Below are positions 36,791-38,908 of a stretch of DNA of 38,908 nucleotides, in pieces. How positions within the stretch are numbered: position 1 is the stretch's first letter; every line of letters begins with the position of its first letter. The position numbers and the translations under genes were made by a program. Location of the stretch: NCBI GenBank assembly GCA_029258835.1, contig JAPDJY010000084.1, positions 1 to 38,908 of the forward strand, given 5' to 3'. The notes below the pieces were generated by a model that was given only the letters and a program-made list of their open reading frames with translations, did no database searches and was not told where the DNA came from. The stretch is from Thermoproteota archaeon. Lineage in GTDB: Archaea > Asgardarchaeota > Jordiarchaeia > Jordiarchaeales > Freyrarchaeaceae.

Positions 36791-37021
36791 TCACGTGGCA
36801 CCATGGGCTTTAACAACCCTGTACACTGTTTTTCCCTTCCAAAAGATCGGCTCCACCACGACGCCCTTACCATACCTTCTAATTAAGAGTGAAAGCTTTC
36901 TAGGCGAAACCCAGACCACCTCCCCCTCATCAAGCTTATTTAGGGCTTCAATTATACCATTGTCGTAGCCAACAACCTCGTCTTCGCGAGGATATCTTCT
37001 ACTCTCCAATTTCAATGCCAC
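36791..37021 (-). CDS. Small hypothetical protein
   Basis: 76 aa with a G-rich RBS and an AT-rich promoter-like stretch upstream; abuts the corrected U32 stop. Confidence 0.55.
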   Translation of the reverse strand: MALKLESRRYPREDEVVGYDNGIIEALNKLDEGEVVWVSPRKLSLLIRRYGKGVVVEPIFWKGKTVYRVVKAHGAT

Positions 37022-37452
37022 CCTTCAACCCCCTTCCGCGAACACCTAACTTCTTTACACTTAACCCAATTTAAATTTTTGGGGGTTTAACTCGGCGGGT
37101 AGGAGAGCACTCCACGCCCTGCAGCAGCTAAGCCACCTATCCTATGGAAGGGCTATTCCGGCAGTGCTGCCTGTAATGTTAGATGAACAGCGCGTTCACG
37201 GCATTTTTCGTTACCTTCAGGCGTAAGCTGTCCCTAGGACTGCTTAGAAGCAACTTCAGGGGGAGGACTGTGACGCATGGAAGGAACATTACTTTTCATT
37301 CTCTTCCTACGATAGATTTATATGGTTGTTCCTCCGTTTCTCTCACGGAAATTGCGAAAAATTGAATATAAAAGAACATGTTGCCAGGTTTGAATGGGTT
37401 CTAATGTTACATTAGTCAGTTCCATCCAGAGAAGTAGTATGAGGTGCTGCAG

Positions 37453-38908
37453 TTGCTATCAGACAGTAATATGACGGTCGAGAGAGGAGTAGATGGAGTT
37501 TTCCTTCACGGTTTCCGTGTAAGCGGATTCGGCGGCTTCCCCTCCAAGTCAGAGTGGTACATGCTTCCTAAGGGACCATTCAAGATCTCTGGACGTATGG
37601 GTGCTGGTAAAACATCTACGGCACGCCTTATCCTCTTCGGCTTGATTGGGGACCCCGAAATCGTAAAGGACTACCTCGTGGAGGCGAAGGGCGTAGTAGA
37701 GGTTGAACTTGAAGACCCCTTAAGCAAGGAAGCGAGGCTTATCAGGGTCGTCAGGGAGGTTGAGCGCTTACCTGACGGCTCCATATCCGTTAAGAGCCGC
37801 GTCTTAGACCCTAGCACAGGAAGGATAATTTCGGAGGATGGCGGGGTTCAGAGGTTCCTAGAGAAATTAACTGGTGAGCCTGTGCTGGAAGGACTTAAAG
37901 ACGTTTTCATTTTGAGAAGCGACCTAGAGAAAAGCTATCAGCAGCTAAGGGAGAAGATCAGGTCTCTAACATGCCTTGACATAGTTGAAAGCTTGCAAAG
38001 CGACCTTGAGTTCCTCGCATCAGGTGCCGGGATGAGGTTTGAGGAGCTGGAAAACGAGCTTTCAAGCTTTGAGGAGTACTTGATAGAGGAAGGGTTCAAG
38101 GCGCCTAGTAGATCCAGAAGCCTATCCGACTACGCTAGACGGCTTAAAGTAGCATTCTCAGAGCTTATATCTAAGTGGAGCCGAGAGGTGGACGAGCTCA
38201 AAGGGGAGATAGAGGCGGTGGACAGGGAGCTCGAGTCCCTAACAGCTAGACTTAACGAGTTAAACGTCAAGAAGAGTAGCTTGGAGAACTTGGCTAGTAA
38301 CATCAAGGTGAAGGAGGAGCAGATAGAGCTCATGAGGAAGGCTTACGAGGATGCTGCGAGGCGTGTGGGCCAGCTTGAGAAAGAGGTAAGCCTGCTGAGG
38401 GATGACCTCAATAGGTCTGAGGAGAAAATAAGGAGAACCGAAGCCGAGGTGGAATCGCTTTCTAAAAGGCTTGAGGTCGTGGAGTCCGAGCTGGCAGGGG
38501 AGAAGCCGGAAGGGGACAGGGGAGTGTACGTTGAAAGAGAGAAGCAGCTTGCCGAAGCGGTGGCTAAGCTCAAGCCGGAACTGGAGAGATTAAGGGAGCA
38601 GATAAGGGTTAAGAGGTTCAACCTTGATAAGGATCGCATTTCACTCCAGAGGCTCCTTGAAAACTATGCTTCCATGAGGAAGCGGATTAAGGATCTGCCT
38701 GAAAGCATAGACGACGCATCAGCACTAGTAGCCATCAGGGAGAAGTTCTCCGATGAGCTGGAGAAATCCGTTAAGCCGTCCCTGTCATCCTTCTCCTCGG
38801 AAATACGCTTCCTTAAGGCCTTCAAGTCTTGGCTTGAAAGGAAGGGGTTCTGCCCCCTATGCAATGTTGAAATAGTTAACCTTTCCAAGGAGATGCGTGA
38901 GCTGGAAA
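37453..38908 (+). CDS. Rad50/SMC-like coiled-coil ATPase, 3' truncated by the window end
   Basis: Not in the ORF track. Open frame from TTG 37453 (GAGGTG RBS): VFLHGFRVSGFGGF...ISGRMGAGKTSTARLILFGL, long heptad coiled coil, CPLC at 38851-38862 (zinc-hook-like, about residue 467). Confidence 0.85.
   Translation, partial: MLSDSNMTVERGVDGVFLHGFRVSGFGGFPSKSEWYMLPKGPFKISGRMGAGKTSTARLILFGLIGDPEIVKDYLVEAKGVVEVELEDPLSKEARLIRVVREVERLPDGSISVKSRVLDPSTGRIISEDGGVQRFLEKLTGEPVLEGLKDVFILRSDLEKSYQQLREKIRSLTCLDIVESLQSDLEFLASGAGMRFEELENELSSFEEYLIEEGFKAPSRSRSLSDYARRLKVAFSELISKWSREVDELKGEIEAVDRELESLTARLNELNVKKSSLENLASNIKVKEEQIELMRKAYEDAARRVGQLEKEVSLLRDDLNRSEEKIRRTEAEVESLSKRLEVVESELAGEKPEGDRGVYVEREKQLAEAVAKLKPELERLREQIRVKRFNLDKDRISLQRLLENYASMRKRIKDLPESIDDASALVAIREKFSDELEKSVKPSLSSFSSEIRFLKAFKSWLERKGFCPLCNVEIVNLSKEMRELE

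Noticed and set aside
36790-36886. Extended U32 C-terminus overlapping the convergent gene
   Set aside because: Explained by one missing G; the corrected frame ends at 36789 with a family-typical motif.
312-38888. Many antisense or alternate-frame ORFs in the track (e.g. 312-695, 4688-5320, 17344-17958, 24133-24846, 32495-32965, 38130-38888)
   Set aside because: Ser/Pro/Leu-rich shadows of well-supported genes on the other strand, with no motifs of their own.

Overview
Gene-dense archaeal chromosomal window: GGTG/GGAGG-type ribosome-binding sites, TATA-type promoters, KaiC/RAD55, V4R and DtxR genes. A uDENN/longin-like ORF and a CxxC...HxxH zinc-domain ORF suggest an Asgard archaeon (inference, not tested). 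From left to right: (i) a minus-strand signalling cluster of three KaiC/RAD55-like ATPases, a small helical partner, a uDENN/longin-like protein and a GNAT acetyltransferase; (ii) a 293-aa orphan that resembles the eukaryotic inner-kinetochore protein CENP-N/Chl4 along its whole length (top hypothesis, by-eye comparison only); (iii) yjbQ, an MFS transporter, a family-4 UDG and surface/membrane proteins; (iv) a decayed IS607-family element whose empty site can be rebuilt from the flanks; (v) a MaoC pair and a radical SAM enzyme; (vi) a DtxR-feoA-feoA-feoB iron-uptake unit with clear palindromic operators; (vii) a nucleotidyltransferase, an HDAC, a B3/4 protein and a zinc-domain/alpha-solenoid pair; (viii) a glycosylation cluster and a metallophosphoesterase; (ix) a candidate dual-guide C/D box sRNA against 16S rRNA next to a GC-rich multi-stem element; (x) tandem V4R genes, a U32 protein and a 3'-truncated Rad50/SMC-like ATPase. 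Three host genes (HDAC, second V4R, U32) carry single-base frameshifts. No CRISPR array, tRNA or rRNA was seen. All family calls come from motif recognition, not database searches.
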